A DNA stretch of 64,000 bases from Klebsormidium nitens (Eukaryota > Plantae > Klebsormidiophyceae). The position numbers and the translations under genes were made by a program. Below the pieces are notes generated by a model. The model did not search any database. It was not told where the DNA came from and saw only the letters and a program-made list of their open reading frames with translations. The stretch is from positions 20,553-84,552 of the forward strand of contig DF237353.1 of the NCBI GenBank assembly GCA_000708835.1, given 5' to 3'. Positions within the stretch are counted from its first letter, which is position 1, and each line of letters starts with the position of its first letter. Positions 24,396-37,400 of this stretch are shown in pieces.

Positions 24396-27300
24396 TTAAG
24401 ACTCGGGGGACAAATCCTTGTGGGTCCCGGCCGTCTGCCGGCTGTACAACTGCTCCAGGGTCTTCCTCCCGACATCCATCGAGCTCTTGAGGTCCAGCCC
24501 CAAAGCCGCGGCCAGCTTGTTGCCCAGGTCTTCGTCCACCCGGGCAAAGTTGTACAGGTTGATCTGCTGAATCAGCTCGGGGACCGGCTCCGAGTTTACC
24601 CCGGCTTCGGTACCCTCCTTCATGGAGCGCGCCATGTTCGCAATCACACGCTCCTGCTCGTCCGGCTCGAACATCTCCCACATGGCCTTCGCCTGCGCAC
24701 ACACGTAGCTTCCAATTTGAGACTGCGTTTCATAAAATGCATTTTTTGTGGAAGGGGGTGCTCCAGAACTCTTGTCAAAATCTTTAAAACGCTCGCAGGT
24801 TTCAAAGCAGAAACGGTGAGGGTATCACTGAATGTGGAACTAAACATTACGGACCAAATGCGGAAAGGCCAAATTCAGAACCTTGGACCAGAATAGCAAC
24901 TCCCCAGTGCACGAGCAACTTGTGACCATCATCAATAAAAGCCGGGGGTAGACGCCCGTACAACTCAGCAGGAATGGAAAAATCATCTACTTTTAATGAC
25001 GTACAATGGATTGTTTCTGTCAACTCACATGCATGAAGTCGTCCTTGCCGTAGTGGTTCTCGTAGCGCATGCCCGGGCCGGTCACGTTGATTGGGATCGC
25101 CGGGTCGGCGTACTTGGGGTCCGGCTGCGGTCCGCCGAAGCTGTTGGGCTCGTAGTGAGGACCCATCTGAGGAAGCCGCGAAAACGAGCAATGAGTGCAA
25201 GATCGAGCCAGAAGATTGACCGAGGGGAGGTCGACGAGATCAATGATCCACCGTCTGTCAGAAGATTGTTCGAGGGGAAGATCGACGAGACAAATTATCC
25301 AAATTTACCAACCAGAAGGAAGTCCTCTACTCTTGACCGGGCAACAAAAGAAGCACGTTCAGAGAACGTAGTATCACTACTGTAACTCTCTGTATAACCC
25401 AGACACCCCCATATCCTATAAGAAAAAGTCCCAAAGATTCACGAAGCAGTCTTTTGAGTATTCCTGATCCACAAAGTGTACGCCTTACCCCGCCGTTGCC
25501 GTCCATTCTGAAGGCTCCGTCGCGGTGGTAGGTGTGGATGGGGCACCTCGGCTGGTTCACGGGCTGCAACACAACGCGAGTTGAGCATTTCAAAGTTCGT
25601 ACGTCGTGACCAAACACGAAACGTACAGACGTGCAGGAAAGAAGCAATCCAGAAAGAGGCAACATATCTTGCGGAATACCTCTCAAGATAACTCTTGACA
25701 GAGGATAAAAAGACTGTGGATCAAAAGAAAAGAATGTGGATTGGCAAGCCCCTGCAACCATAGGTGGGGCTACAATACTGCAGTGTAGCGGGGCGAACTG
25801 CCGCGCAATTCTCACCAGCTGGAAACCGTTGATGCCTAGACGGTGGTTGTGTGCATCGCGGTAGGCGAAGAGCCGTCCCTGCAGATTAGACCAGTTCTGT
25901 TAAGAGGTACAACAGATTAAGGTCCAACTTGCGGACATCACCAAGCAAGCAGCTGAAAGAATTTCATATGAGAGACGGCGATAACAGCCAGCGTGCAGAG
26001 AAAGACATCCCTGAACATTCGGAGGCCTTTGAATCGATCTAAGATTGGTCAAAACAACTCAGCGCGAGAGCGGTAATAGTGAAAGCGAAGCTACCCACCT
26101 GCAGGAGTCGGTCGGGGGAGAAGCCCAGCCCCGGAACAATGTTGGCGGGGGCGAAAGCTGCCTGCTCGACGTCCTGGAAGTAACTCTCCGGGACACGGTT
26201 GAACTCGAGCTCACCCACCTAAGCACAGAAACACCTTCGTTATTCTGTAACAATCAAGAGATCGACGCCCTAACAGGATTGGTGTATCGGAAAGCACCCG
26301 CTTATCAATCCTAAGAACCGATTTCAGACCTGAACTGATACGTTTACTTCGCTAAAACATGTTTACTTCGCATAACATGTCGACTTCAGTTATCTGTCGC
26401 CCCGAATCGTGACTAAACACCCTAGAGATCCCAATCCTCACGCAATCTGTTCCTGCCAATCCCACACCAAGCAATCCGGCAAAAATCGTTCTCAAGACTC
26501 CGGAACTCGCAGAGCTCATTGCAACCGGATCCTTTCCAGCGGAAGATTCTTTAGCAGCATTAAACTTGAGCAGATCTTAAAGCTGCCTTTCGTACCTCGA
26601 TGAGCGGGAAGTCGTGGCGGCTCCAGACTTTGGTGACGTCGAAGGGGTCGTGCGACAGCTGCTCCGCCTGTTGCTCCGTCATCACCTGGATGTGCATCTT
26701 CCACTTGGGGTACTCGCCCGACCGAATGGCCTGCGAGAAACCAGCAGATTTTACTTCCAGGAACCGATGAGAACCGATTAGCACTTCTAACAAAGGAATT
26801 CTTGAGGCATTCCCGCCTGCTAGAGAACTGCCAGAGCGCAATGAACCAACCCGCAATCGTTTCAAATATGTCAAAAGTGCCCGGACGGGGTGTGGGGAAA
26901 CGGGGGGGCAAGTTGTGCATGAGTTGGAAAAATAGAGATGCTTCTTTAGCTGCCAAATGAACGCGATCTGCGGCGCAAAAAGGATATGGCAGACACATCT
27001 GATGCTACACCAATCGCATTCCAAATCAATAGAACTCCCAAGCTTGGGGAACAAAAGCGTATTATCTCAACACTTTCTATCGGTACACCACCAGTCTATA
27101 AGTAGATATGGGAACGAGAGCGTACTATCTCAGAACTTTCTATCGATACACCACCAGTCTATAAGTAGATATGCAAGACATTAGGAAGATAAGGAAGACA
27201 CAGGCAATATAAAAATAGGTGCCAACCGAACGTTGCTTACATTGATCATGTCTTTGTTGAAGAAGTCGGGATCCTTGCCCGACAAGTCGATGCCCTCCTC

Positions 27301-30134
27301 GGAGGTCAGATTCTTAATCTCCTGCTGACTGTGGAAGTGGTACTTGACCTGCAATATGGAACGCAATGGATGCGGTGGTGTGGAAGACCTACTATAAAAA
27401 AGGACCTACATGCTCGAGAACAACCTTTGAATGACTTATCAAGCATTTGGGATTTGGATACGATCATAAAGATGGAAACGAAAACCTTGCTCATCATCTC
27501 GACATTACACACATGGGTTGCCGACAACCCCCACGGATACGCAATGCCTGATGGTCCAGATAAACGAGAACGCTGCTCGCTCAAATTAAGCTTACCCAGA
27601 CACGCTCCTTGTCCTTGTTGATCATGGAGAAAGCGTGTACTCCGTAACCGTTCATGTACCGATAGCTCTTAGGAATACCGCGGTCCCCGAACAGCCACAG
27701 CACCTGGCAGGACAAAGATCTCACGGCATCGGAACCCGTTGCGTATGCCCAACAGAGCATGACCATCACACTTGTTGGCCTCTGGCTCATGGGCTCGGCT
27801 TCCTTGTTTGTAGGGAAAGGCCAAGCTTCGAGGAGAGGCATTCACAGACGAAGCAGTTTCAAGGAGAAAGCCGAATCAAGATGTAACGAAAGGGCACACC
27901 GTCGCGGTATTGCATTCAGAAGTGCCAGTATCGCGGTGAAGCAAATTTGTGGAAAAAGGAAACGGGGAAAAAGGAAAAGACAACGACACAGAGTCCATAC
28001 ACAGAACCTCCCCCCGTGTTTGAAGTGAGGTCAAATGGTGAATTGGCCGCGTACCTGGTGGACTGACTCCGGGGTCAGCCCCCAGAAGTCCCAGCGGTGC
28101 ACCCACGACTTGAGGCCGCGAGGGTCGCGCATCAGCGAGTGGACCAGGTCGGGGAACTTCACGGGGTCCCTGAAACATGACGGCAATCATCATTAGGTCC
28201 GATTGGATCAGAAACTTGCGGACTTGATGGAGTCTGGACAACGGACCAGAGAATATCAAACTCGTCAATAGAATTCTGTTCTGAAGGTGCTGGGATCGTC
28301 CGCTCGTCAATATTCTGGGCAAGCAAGCATTTTGAACGTACTTGCATCGCGATTAACGCGAAGTTTCACATGCGTGATATGTCCTCACCGGAAGAAGAAA
28401 ATAGGGGAGTTGTTGCCAACGAGATCCCAGTTGCCTGCAGACAAGGGCAGATAACAGTGAGTGAACAAATGCACGAAGGGTAAAACCAACACATGAAATG
28501 CTGCGCTGACGTGACTCTATCCAACTAGAATGATAACATGAGTGACATTAAGAACTTCTGAGAATACTACAAAGAATCCAATGTGAACCAGCATAGAGTA
28601 ATCTCGCTTTAATACTTAGCTTCTAGACTTTCGGCACTCGCAGGGCGTTAAGCTGGACATCGCCTTGGCCTTAATCTTCTATAACTTTCAAAACCTTCCT
28701 AGTAAGGTTTCCTCTTGCTCACCGTCCTCGGTGTAGAACTTGAGGGCGAATCCCCTGATGTCACGGACCGAGTCCGAGTTACCGTGCTCAGCAGTGACTC
28801 CACTCCACCGACAGAAGATCTCAGTCGACTTGCCAGACTCAAAGACCTGCCAGGAAAAAAAGAGAGCAAAACGAACTTGGTGAGGGTGGGAATCGAGCGG
28901 CTTGATAAGAAGCTGACCGTCAGCTTTGAGAAGAACTTTCCCTGAAAACGCCCCGTTTTCGATCCTCGGAACGAACTACCAACGTGTGTGCTTACCAGAG
29001 TACTCAATACGACGTCACTTTAACCATCAATTGAGCTTCGCCAATACATAAGCCTGTGGCATTTACAAACTTCAAACCCCTGTGCGTTGCGTCTTTAACA
29101 CCGACGAACCAGCATTTGAACATCGCTTCTCGAGATCAAGATTGCGGCGAAGAAGAGAGAAACGAAACGAAGCTTACCTTGGCTTCGGTGTACTTGGCCA
29201 TGTCTGAGTTGGTCACGGTGAACTTTCCGAACGCTCCAACGCCCTTAGCGTGGACGACCCGCGGTACAACACGCTCCCTGTTCAGGGCAGCCTGCGCAGA
29301 CGCACGAGTGACGACCATAAGATACGCTTTCAGCCCCACAAATCCTTCTAATGAGCAAACCTGTTCAGTCACCGACGAAATGATCGAATGTGAAATAGCA
29401 GCACAAAATTCTCGGACGCAAAAGAGGACACTCCTGCAACTGAACAATGGCGACACACCAATGAAGACACAAACAATATCCCGTGTGTAGGGACAAAATG
29501 GACCTGTCAACAATCACTACGGAAGATTGTCAGAACCAATCGAAGGACATTATTTAAATGAAGATATACACTGACGACACAGTAAGATCTGGACAAGCTG
29601 AATAATCAAAAAAGGAAGTATACTCGACGAAGAATTTAGACTCTTGAGTTAAGCAGCTGCCAAAAACCGAGCCACCGACCAAGTTCGACTGACTTCGATT
29701 AGCAGGCGCAAAAAACTGAGGAAGTTGATGAAGAGCTGGTACAGTATTCATTCACAGATGCAGGCTTTACTCCCACCAATTTCTGAGCCGCAACTTCTGA
29801 GCGGTTCGAAATGTCGACCTGAAGAAGCTCGCAAGGAACTCACGTTCTTCTCGTACAGGTTGATGTCCTCTGTCAGCAGCAGGGGCCCCTGCTTCCCCGC
29901 CGAGATGCTGTTGTAGTTGTCCCCAAGGGGACGGCCGTCCAGGGTGGTCATAATGTCAGGATTGATCTTCTTGGCAGTGGTCTCCGCCAGCTCGGCCCCC
30001 TTCTCCAGGCCCTTCTCCATCTTTGTCCCCAGGCTAGTTCCTGGGCGGCTGGCCGCTTCGTGAACATCTGGGTCTTGCACGGCCAGCTTGACCGACTCGA
30101 TGCCCTGTCCCACGGCGTTCTTCACCCTGTCCAT
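24396..30134 (-). CDS. CAT: Monofunctional heme catalase, clade-3-like, 13 exons, ~60-aa N-terminal extension
   Basis: Exons from 30134-29844 down to 24692-24396 give [13 protein letters not shown] (distal His), [23 protein letters not shown] (distal Asn), [29 protein letters not shown] and the proximal motif [15 protein letters not shown] (Tyr ligand). All introns are GT-AG with compatible phases. Confidence 0.96.
25209..25301. repeat. Degenerate 50-bp tandem duplication in a catalase intron
   Basis: cagaagattgaccgaggggaggtcgacgagatcaatgatcca (from 25209) versus cagaagattgttcgaggggaagatcgacgagacaaattatcca (from 25259). Confidence 0.8.
27047..27172. repeat. 63-bp tandem duplication in a catalase intron
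   Basis: Units 27047-27109 and 27110-27172 share actttctatcg-tacaccaccagtctataagtagatat with few mismatches. Confidence 0.92.
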
Positions 30135-30625
30135 GGTGCCCTCCGCTCTAGTTGCGTGGTATCCTGCGAGAAAAGGATTCCGAAAGTGTTATCAGGAAGT
30201 GGAAATGGAAGAATTGCAGTCGATAGTAGACATCCGGACGCAAGTTCATAATTTGTGAACGAATCCTGCAATTCTGCAATGAAAGGAAGGTGCCATGGTG
30301 TGCTTGTTTGATTGTTGTCGATTAATTTGTAGGTAATTTGCGTTAGTTTAAGAAGGAAAGACCAGATGGTGCCAGACGGATCTCACTATCCCAGAAACAC
30401 TTGCACCTAGGTACAAGATGGAGCTGTTCAGAATGCTTGCTCATTGTTTTCGCCCTCTTCTGCAAAGCTAATTGCTTGCGACTGTCGTGTGTGGCAACAA
30501 AACGGGTTGGTCTTCTGGGGACTCACACGAATTTTTGAGGGCTCGAAATGGACTTCTGACTGCCAAAGCTGTCAGGTCGAAGTGGGAAACTAACTTTAAC
30601 ACTGAACTCAAGTTTCGAAATGAGT

Positions 30626-30720
30626 TTCTCAAAATGCTGTTTCTGACGCGGGTGAATCTTCTCAGAATGCTGTTTCTGACACCACACAATTTTTCAGGAT
30701 GCTGTTTCTGACACCACCAC
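30626..30720. repeat. Three ~33-bp degenerate direct repeats with invariant core ATGCTGTTTCTGAC upstream of catalase
   Basis: The core occurs at 30634-30647, 30667-30680 and 30699-30712. Confidence 0.85.
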
Positions 30721-32200
30721 CAAAGATCTGCTTGCCCCACAAGGACGTGTTCCCAGACTTTACATCAGGTACCCTTGTTGAGGAGGTGAGCTGGTGAGAA
30801 AGGCCTTTGCTCACACCCTCATCTGCCCCTTCAACTGCCTTCTGTCACATGGTGTGTTCATCCCAGAACAAAAACTCAGAATAGGCAACCTCAGCTGAGA
30901 CATGCGGCATCCCTCCAATATGAAAGGTTCAACAACAGCAGCACCAGCAAACATAGACGAAAATCCTTGCACAGGCAAGGAAGCACATAATGTGGGCGGA
31001 TCCGATCAATCTGTGCATGACCCCCTCGCACTCACTCTTTCCTGATGTAGAGAAGATGGCAGGGAATCCGAATTGCCGCAGCGGCGCACTTCCTGCGTAA
31101 CTTGAGCTGCTCCTCAAAGCGCTGATGCAAGGTGAGAGGCTTAAACGAACAGAGGACGCAGACATTGTGCACTTGTCGTTCTCTCTCACGTAAATCCGTC
31201 CAAGCGGCGGATTTCTTGGCTACGGTACTTCGTTGACAACGGTACTTCGTTGACAGAATCTCAGCTCTGTCAAACCGCAATCAGAGAAACTTCGACAAAC
31301 CAGCGAGGAAGGAGGGAGCTCCTCTGTTGACAGACAAGCTTCGGAGCTGGAAAACGATCAAGCTCGTCCGTTTCAATCTTCCAGCACTGATCGAACGGAA
31401 CGGCTGCCTTTGTTGCAGGATATGCATCAGCATGCACCTGTGTGCTGCATGCAATCCTGTCTAGGCAGTGCATCAGCAGAGTCGACAGACCTCTAACCGC
31501 CAGTGAGGCGGCAGACCACGTCCGCCGGCCCCGCGGCTTGCTCACGATTTTCGTCATTGCTCCCTCTGCCGTGGCCCTCCACGTCCTGGAGACATTATGT
31601 TGGCTTGTCTCTCTGCGCATGCATTGCATCCCCGCATGGGGGGGCTGTTGTCAGTGGTGCTTGATACCCCCCGGGCTCTTATCTCGTTGCCAAAGCATCC
31701 GGCGCCGCACGGAGCTGCATGCATGTGACAGAAGACGACCAGCTGCATGCAGTGTTGCGCGCGAGCCGCACCTGTCACGGGTCTACTAAATATGATTCCC
31801 GGGGTACAGCCTGCGGCGGGCCGCGGCCGCCCGTGACGCCGGTTAGCCTCGGCCGGCCCGCCCGCGGCCCGGCCGCACAAAAGCACCGCGCGCGCGGAAA
31901 CGACTGAGCATGCTCGTGTGCAATACCTATGACCGTACATGAGAGACTTGAGCAGAACCGCGCGAGCACACCGTGACTGTCTCAGACTTCAGCAAGATAG
32001 TGTACGCGAGCCCAATCGCGCGTGCCCTGACTCGGGTGATCATCCAAAATCTGGCGGGAATGGCATGCCAAGTCTCGATTAATGAAGCAATACTAGACGC
32101 CAGTCACGATGCCCGAGCCGGTGGGCATGTCTAGTTTTGATTGCAAACCTGGTGCCTAAACTAGGTAAATGGTAATGCTGGAGCTGCTGAAGACAGGGAC

Positions 32201-33601
32201 ATGGTGCGCTCAGCTGGTCCCTGCACTGAAGCCTGCCTCTCCAAGGTCAACGAAGGTCGAGTGCAACTCACCGACCGCGAAAACCTGGAGATGCTTCAGG
32301 CGCCAGCGTCCTCTACCTTTCTGAAACACTCTCTGAAAGGCGCACAGTCCAAGAATGCAGTGGATCGCCTGGTGGCTCTGCGGGAGTTCACACACGTCTT
32401 CCTGCCTATCGTGTTCAGCGTCTCAGCAGGGCAACATGCTGTGAACGTCGCCACATTCATGCTAGAAGGGGGTTTTCTGGCACCAATAGTCGAGGGGTTG
32501 AAAGCAGCGGCTGGGGGTGACTGGGTGGTGGTTCCAGACCTTTCCGGTTCCGAATATCCGGCAAAGTGCAAGAAGCATGGCAGGGCAGTGCGAACTCATT
32601 TGTCGCAGGCCCTGGTCGCGATTCATGCTCTTTGCTCCCTGGCCTTGGACGTCAGGCTAGTGCGCTTTATCCTGAGGACTAGGCCGGACCTGTTGAATAT
32701 CCTAGAGCTCTTGTACATTGCGGCAGAGAAGCCTAGAGTTCCGGACGGGGTACTGATCCGCACAGAGGTTGCTCGCACGCTGACCCGCATGACCGCCTTT
32801 TCGGAACCTCTACGAAAGGAGCTTGCTATGCAGAACCCCAAGTTTGTCCTCAGACTGGTTACCTTTGCGTCAGAAAACGTTGAGGAAGTCACAATCTTCG
32901 AGGGGCCCTTCTGTCTTATCGCGAATCTACATCATTACCTGGAATTGGTGGATGTTTCGACGGCGATGGTTGAGCTCACAGCAAAGGTCCTGCTTCACTC
33001 CCAACGCGCGACAGACATTACAATGGGTTGCAGGATCTACAACCATCTGAGGGAGAAGGCAGCGTGCAGCACCCTGCCAGATTCCAGATTGTTCAAATCT
33101 GCTGTTCTGGCTCTTGCCATCTGCGAAGCGGACTCTCTGGAGCACGATGCCAGATTGTTTGGCTTCAAACTATCAGGGCTTTACTGGTCAACTCTCGAAG
33201 ATATCCCTAAAGGTGGATTTTCCAAAAATCCACGTATATGGCTTGAAGCTCCAAAGCTCGTTCTCAAGTTGAAACGCTTGGCACAAGACCATTCTCCAGT
33301 GTCACTTCAAAGGGCAAAGGAGTTGGAGGCTATCTACTCCACTGGATTCTCCGCCCCCAACTTCCGAACCGTGCGGATGTCTGCAAGTGCTGAGGCCAGC
33401 TTGGGACAGGGAGCGAACTTACCTGGTGTCGAAAATATAGACCGTAAAGCTTTGCGGAAGTGCTGTTGGGCTAGTTGTGGGAAAGCCGAGTTAGTGACGG
33501 GGCAGTTCAAGGCGTGCTCCAAATGTAAGCTTGTGGTATACTGCGGGGCAGCTTGTCAAAAACTCGACTGGAAAGCAGGACACAAGGTCGTTTGCTGTTG
33601 A
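32201..33601 (+). CDS. Intronless 466-aa alpha-helical (ARM/HEAT-like) protein with C-terminal MYND zinc finger
   Basis: Single ORF from ATG to TGA. The C-terminus RKCCWASCGK...FKACSKCKLVVYCGAACQKLDWKAGHKVVC fits the MYND consensus. The upstream part is Leu/Ala-rich and predicted helical (inference). Confidence 0.88.
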   Translation: MVRSAGPCTEACLSKVNEGRVQLTDRENLEMLQAPASSTFLKHSLKGAQSKNAVDRLVALREFTHVFLPIVFSVSAGQHAVNVATFMLEGGFLAPIVEGLKAAAGGDWVVVPDLSGSEYPAKCKKHGRAVRTHLSQALVAIHALCSLALDVRLVRFILRTRPDLLNILELLYIAAEKPRVPDGVLIRTEVARTLTRMTAFSEPLRKELAMQNPKFVLRLVTFASENVEEVTIFEGPFCLIANLHHYLELVDVSTAMVELTAKVLLHSQRATDITMGCRIYNHLREKAACSTLPDSRLFKSAVLALAICEADSLEHDARLFGFKLSGLYWSTLEDIPKGGFSKNPRIWLEAPKLVLKLKRLAQDHSPVSLQRAKELEAIYSTGFSAPNFRTVRMSASAEASLGQGANLPGVENIDRKALRKCCWASCGKAELVTGQFKACSKCKLVVYCGAACQKLDWKAGHKVVCC

Positions 33602-34437
33602 CGTCCTAGATTGATTGATAACGGTGTCTGCATTGATGCCTGGTTGGTTGTAAACCACAAAATGCCTCTTCCAAAAGTTCAACTTAATTTTCTGATTGTC
33701 TAAGTTGAAGTTCCTTGCCAGTGACAGCTTTTGGTTACCAATGCATGGTAACCAATGCATCATCTCTTGCATTCATGAACTGTGTGTCTATGTAAGGTGG
33801 ACTCTTGCTTTGAAGTCGGCTTGGCCTGCAAATTGTACAATCAATGCGATCTCACCACATGACCAGATGGCATACACAATTCTGCAGCCATGCTAGTCAA
33901 CCATGTGCCTATTATATGCTCAGTTAAGGAACATACAACACTGAAAGGACTTCGGTTGAGGTCTTCTTTGCGATATCTCCGCGGCCGTCTATCTTAACAA
34001 GTAGTGCAAGATCTTGATACGAACGTACACATACAAACCAGCTGCGGCATATGAAAGCTGGCTGGATTGATGTGTAGTGCACAAGAAGGATATTCGCGAT
34101 TTGAACGCTTAGTTGCAACTGCGCAGCCTGGCCCAAATATTACCGTCGGCCCAGTCTGAAAGCATCCAACATGGGGACGTCGTGACAACTGGCGCGTGTA
34201 TGAGTGCACCTTCGAAGATGTTCAGATTGATATGCACAATAATATGTGCGATCAATTCACATGATGAACAATAGATAGGATAGTATACGGCAAGGGCAGA
34301 ATGGACCGGACAGAATTGCCGCATGCATACCGTCTTTAGGTGAGTGAGAACTACAGACCTGCGAGGACGTGGATGTTGCTCGTAGCCTGAGTCAAGATTT
34401 CAAGGTCAACAATATCGAAGCATGGGCAAACCCCGTC

Positions 34438-37400
34438 CTAAGAAGCTTTCTTCTTTCTCGTGCGTGGCTTCTCAGCTGCAGCTGCCTTACTTTCGGGCTT
34501 CGCAACTGAAACTGCTGGAGCATCTTGAGGTTTTGCAAAGAGGGACTTTGTGCTCTCTAAGCCACCCGACTTTAACAGAGGCTCGACTTCCTTCCGAACC
34601 GCTTTGGAAGTTGCTTCATGCCCGCAGTGATAAAGAGCGGCCACCACTTTGGCACTGCATAGAAGAGTTCGAACGTCAGCTTTTGCCGCGTGTCAAAGAC
34701 TCTCGGGGTTCGACATCTTCCTTTTCAACAGGAGCGAATGTCGAAAAGGTGTTTCAAGTGCGAGCAAGCAGGACAAAACGGGTCATGTACTGAAAAGGGT
34801 CCCTAACCCGTGCACTCGTAAAGCAAAGGAAATAGCAAGATGTCAATCAGGTGCTGCAAGCTCTGGGTCGCAGTTCGGCAAGCGCCCTTTCAATCTGACG
34901 TCCATTGCTCATCACCCAAGAGAGACTTGCTGAGGGAAGTCACACCTAGCGACTTGACACCAGGGCCGGAGATCGGCACTGGGCTGATCGGTTTCGCCCT
35001 CAGCCCGTACTGAAGGCAACATTCGATTGTCCTTGAGCATTCCCTGAACGGAGCAATCAAGGGGATGGTCAAACCCGGACGGCCCACCTGTGCTGCCCGG
35101 TGGCTAGCTTTTTACACCGCCCCTTGATGGCCTGGTACAGCACCGCTGCGAAGGGCTGCGCGCTCGAGTCGCCCTCGGGGGCCGGTACGTCGACCAGCTT
35201 CTTTATCGTCCGATTGGCGAACATCTGGTCCAGCACATGCTGCGAGAACGAGGAGCCACGTCACTGAGGGTTGCAGTGGAACGATTCAACAAGTGAAGTC
35301 GGTATGGGCGAGAAGGAACTTTGGTCCGAAGTGAAGAAGGTCGTTGAGAGCCAGCCTTCAGAGCCATTATGACTGCGAGACACGAACGGCGACGCAAGGC
35401 GTACTTAATTAGGATTTATCGAGACAACAGGAAGCAGTTTGGCTTGAGGGAATAGAAGCAAGGATGCTGCTTGCAAGAAGCGCTCGAAGTCACAGCGGCC
35501 AGCAACGAAGACGGGCTGCAACAACGAGAATCAAACCATATAGAACACTCTAGAAGCAAGGATGCTGCTCGCAAGAAGCGCTCAGAGTCTCAACCGGGTC
35601 AAAAACGAAGACGCGCTGCAACAACAAGAATCAAACCACAAAAACGACACGTACCTCCTCCGTCTCGTCCCCGCTTGTACTCTCTTCCGGGGTTGCCGGC
35701 CATGGCTCCGCAGCCTCGTCCGCAATCGCCTGTTGCACCGACACCACGGACACGCCGTCTACCCGGTGCAGGATCCCGTCGGCCCCGCCGCGCGCCACCT
35801 CGAAGATGACGTCACAGGCCCACTGGGAACGGAGGAACTCGCCCGCGCTCGCTGCGCACGTGGCGACCAATTCCTGCAAAGGAGTCGAAGAGAAGACTCA
35901 GTTGAAGGAGGCGAGGGGGGCGCCAAACTATCGACAAAAAGGGCAGCTTGGCAGGTCGGGGGGGGGGGGAGACAGTTGGTAGCTCGGTCTGAACGAACTC
36001 TTCGGTTTTGAAGAGCGCCGACATCCTTTCGGGCTTCGAATCAAGGCACTCGGACCAAAAGCATATGTAAGACGGTGACCCCTCTGACAACCGAAGCTGC
36101 CTTTTAATGGACACAAGAACAGTTGGCCGACTGAATTCAACACCCTGCGTCCAACCGTGACGGATGACAGAACTGAACGCGCCCGACCTCAATTCGAATC
36201 CCAACCTAGTTCAGTACGACCAGCCTATAATTCCCCCACCTTTGCTAGCCCGCTCCCTTGCAGCAGCTCCAGCCTGCGCAGCGCCGGGTCCTTCTTACTC
36301 GCCCCCACCATCGGTCCGTCGTCCACAAACTCCTTCTCCGCCGCTTTCTTCTTCTCCGCAATCGACACCCCCCCGCGCTTCCGCTTCTTCTTCCCGTCAC
36401 CCTCCCCCTCCCCCGATGGCCCCGCGGCCTCCTCCTCACCATTACCGTCACCCATTACCGCGTCGGCTTCCTCCCCTTCCTCGTTCTTTACCGGTTCCAT
36501 ATGTGGAACCGTCGGTTGCGCCCCGGAAGGCTCCGCGAACTGCGCCTTAAACGCCTCCGCACGCGCTTTCGCGGCGGCTTCTTCTTTGGGAGTCGGAATT
36601 CTAGGGGGCTGGAGCAGCGAGACGACCATTTGGGGAAAGTAGCGCGGAGAGAGGGGGGCCAGAAGGTGAAGAAAGACGCGGCGGGCGTACTTGTGCAGCA
36701 CGAGGTCTTTTAGATTGGCGCCCAGGATCTCGGGCATGACACCCTGCAGTGAAGGAGTGTCGTTCATTGATGGTCCAGAAACCACACGCTCCAACGTTTC
36801 CAACAACTACGGAGTCGGGCAAGCGATCTCACAGGCCAAAATGCTCAAAACGATTGAACCTCCTCCCCTCCACTTCTGTCCCCCCGAGAGTCAAGAGCTC
36901 TCTTACGTTGTCACAACCCTTCTACCGCAACATCATGAGCCAAGCATCTAGCATAGGCTGCGGCACGATAAAACCGCAAGTAGTGCCGGACCCGGTTCAA
37001 CGGTAGAGGATGAACAACAATCAAGAGCCTATATATCTCTTAGTCGTGATAAATAGCAGAATAGCGTGAAGTGGGAAACTCGCGAGTTCAACTTTCCGCA
37101 ACCCAAATCAATCGGAACGTTTTCATGCCCTCATGCCAGATGCTAACCCAGTTCCTAACCCGGTTCCTCACCTTGTTGATGAGTGTCGTGTCGTCCGTCA
37201 GCTCCAGCAGCCGCAGCAGCACCACGTTGCCGTACTCGTCCTCCAGCACTTTGCCGACCGTCCCCTTGAGCGCCTTCACAATCTTCTTGCGCTCCTTGGC
37301 ACCCCCCGCAGTGACCACTGCCACGCCGACCTCTGCGCCGTCCTTGGTGTGCACCATGCGGAGCAGCAGGGGGCCCGACAGGTTCTCGACGATGTCCTCT

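Noticed and set aside
30626-30720. CRISPR-like repeat-spacer array
   Set aside because: Eukaryotic context, only a 14-bp core, linkers similar to each other, and no cas genes.
30930-31790. Gene or RING/PHD-finger relic (CSLC...MLAC...H..CIPAW) and exon-like 31051-31131
   Set aside because: It needs frameshifts, the exon-like piece has stops in all three frames, and the ligand spacing does not fit cleanly. Too weak to call.
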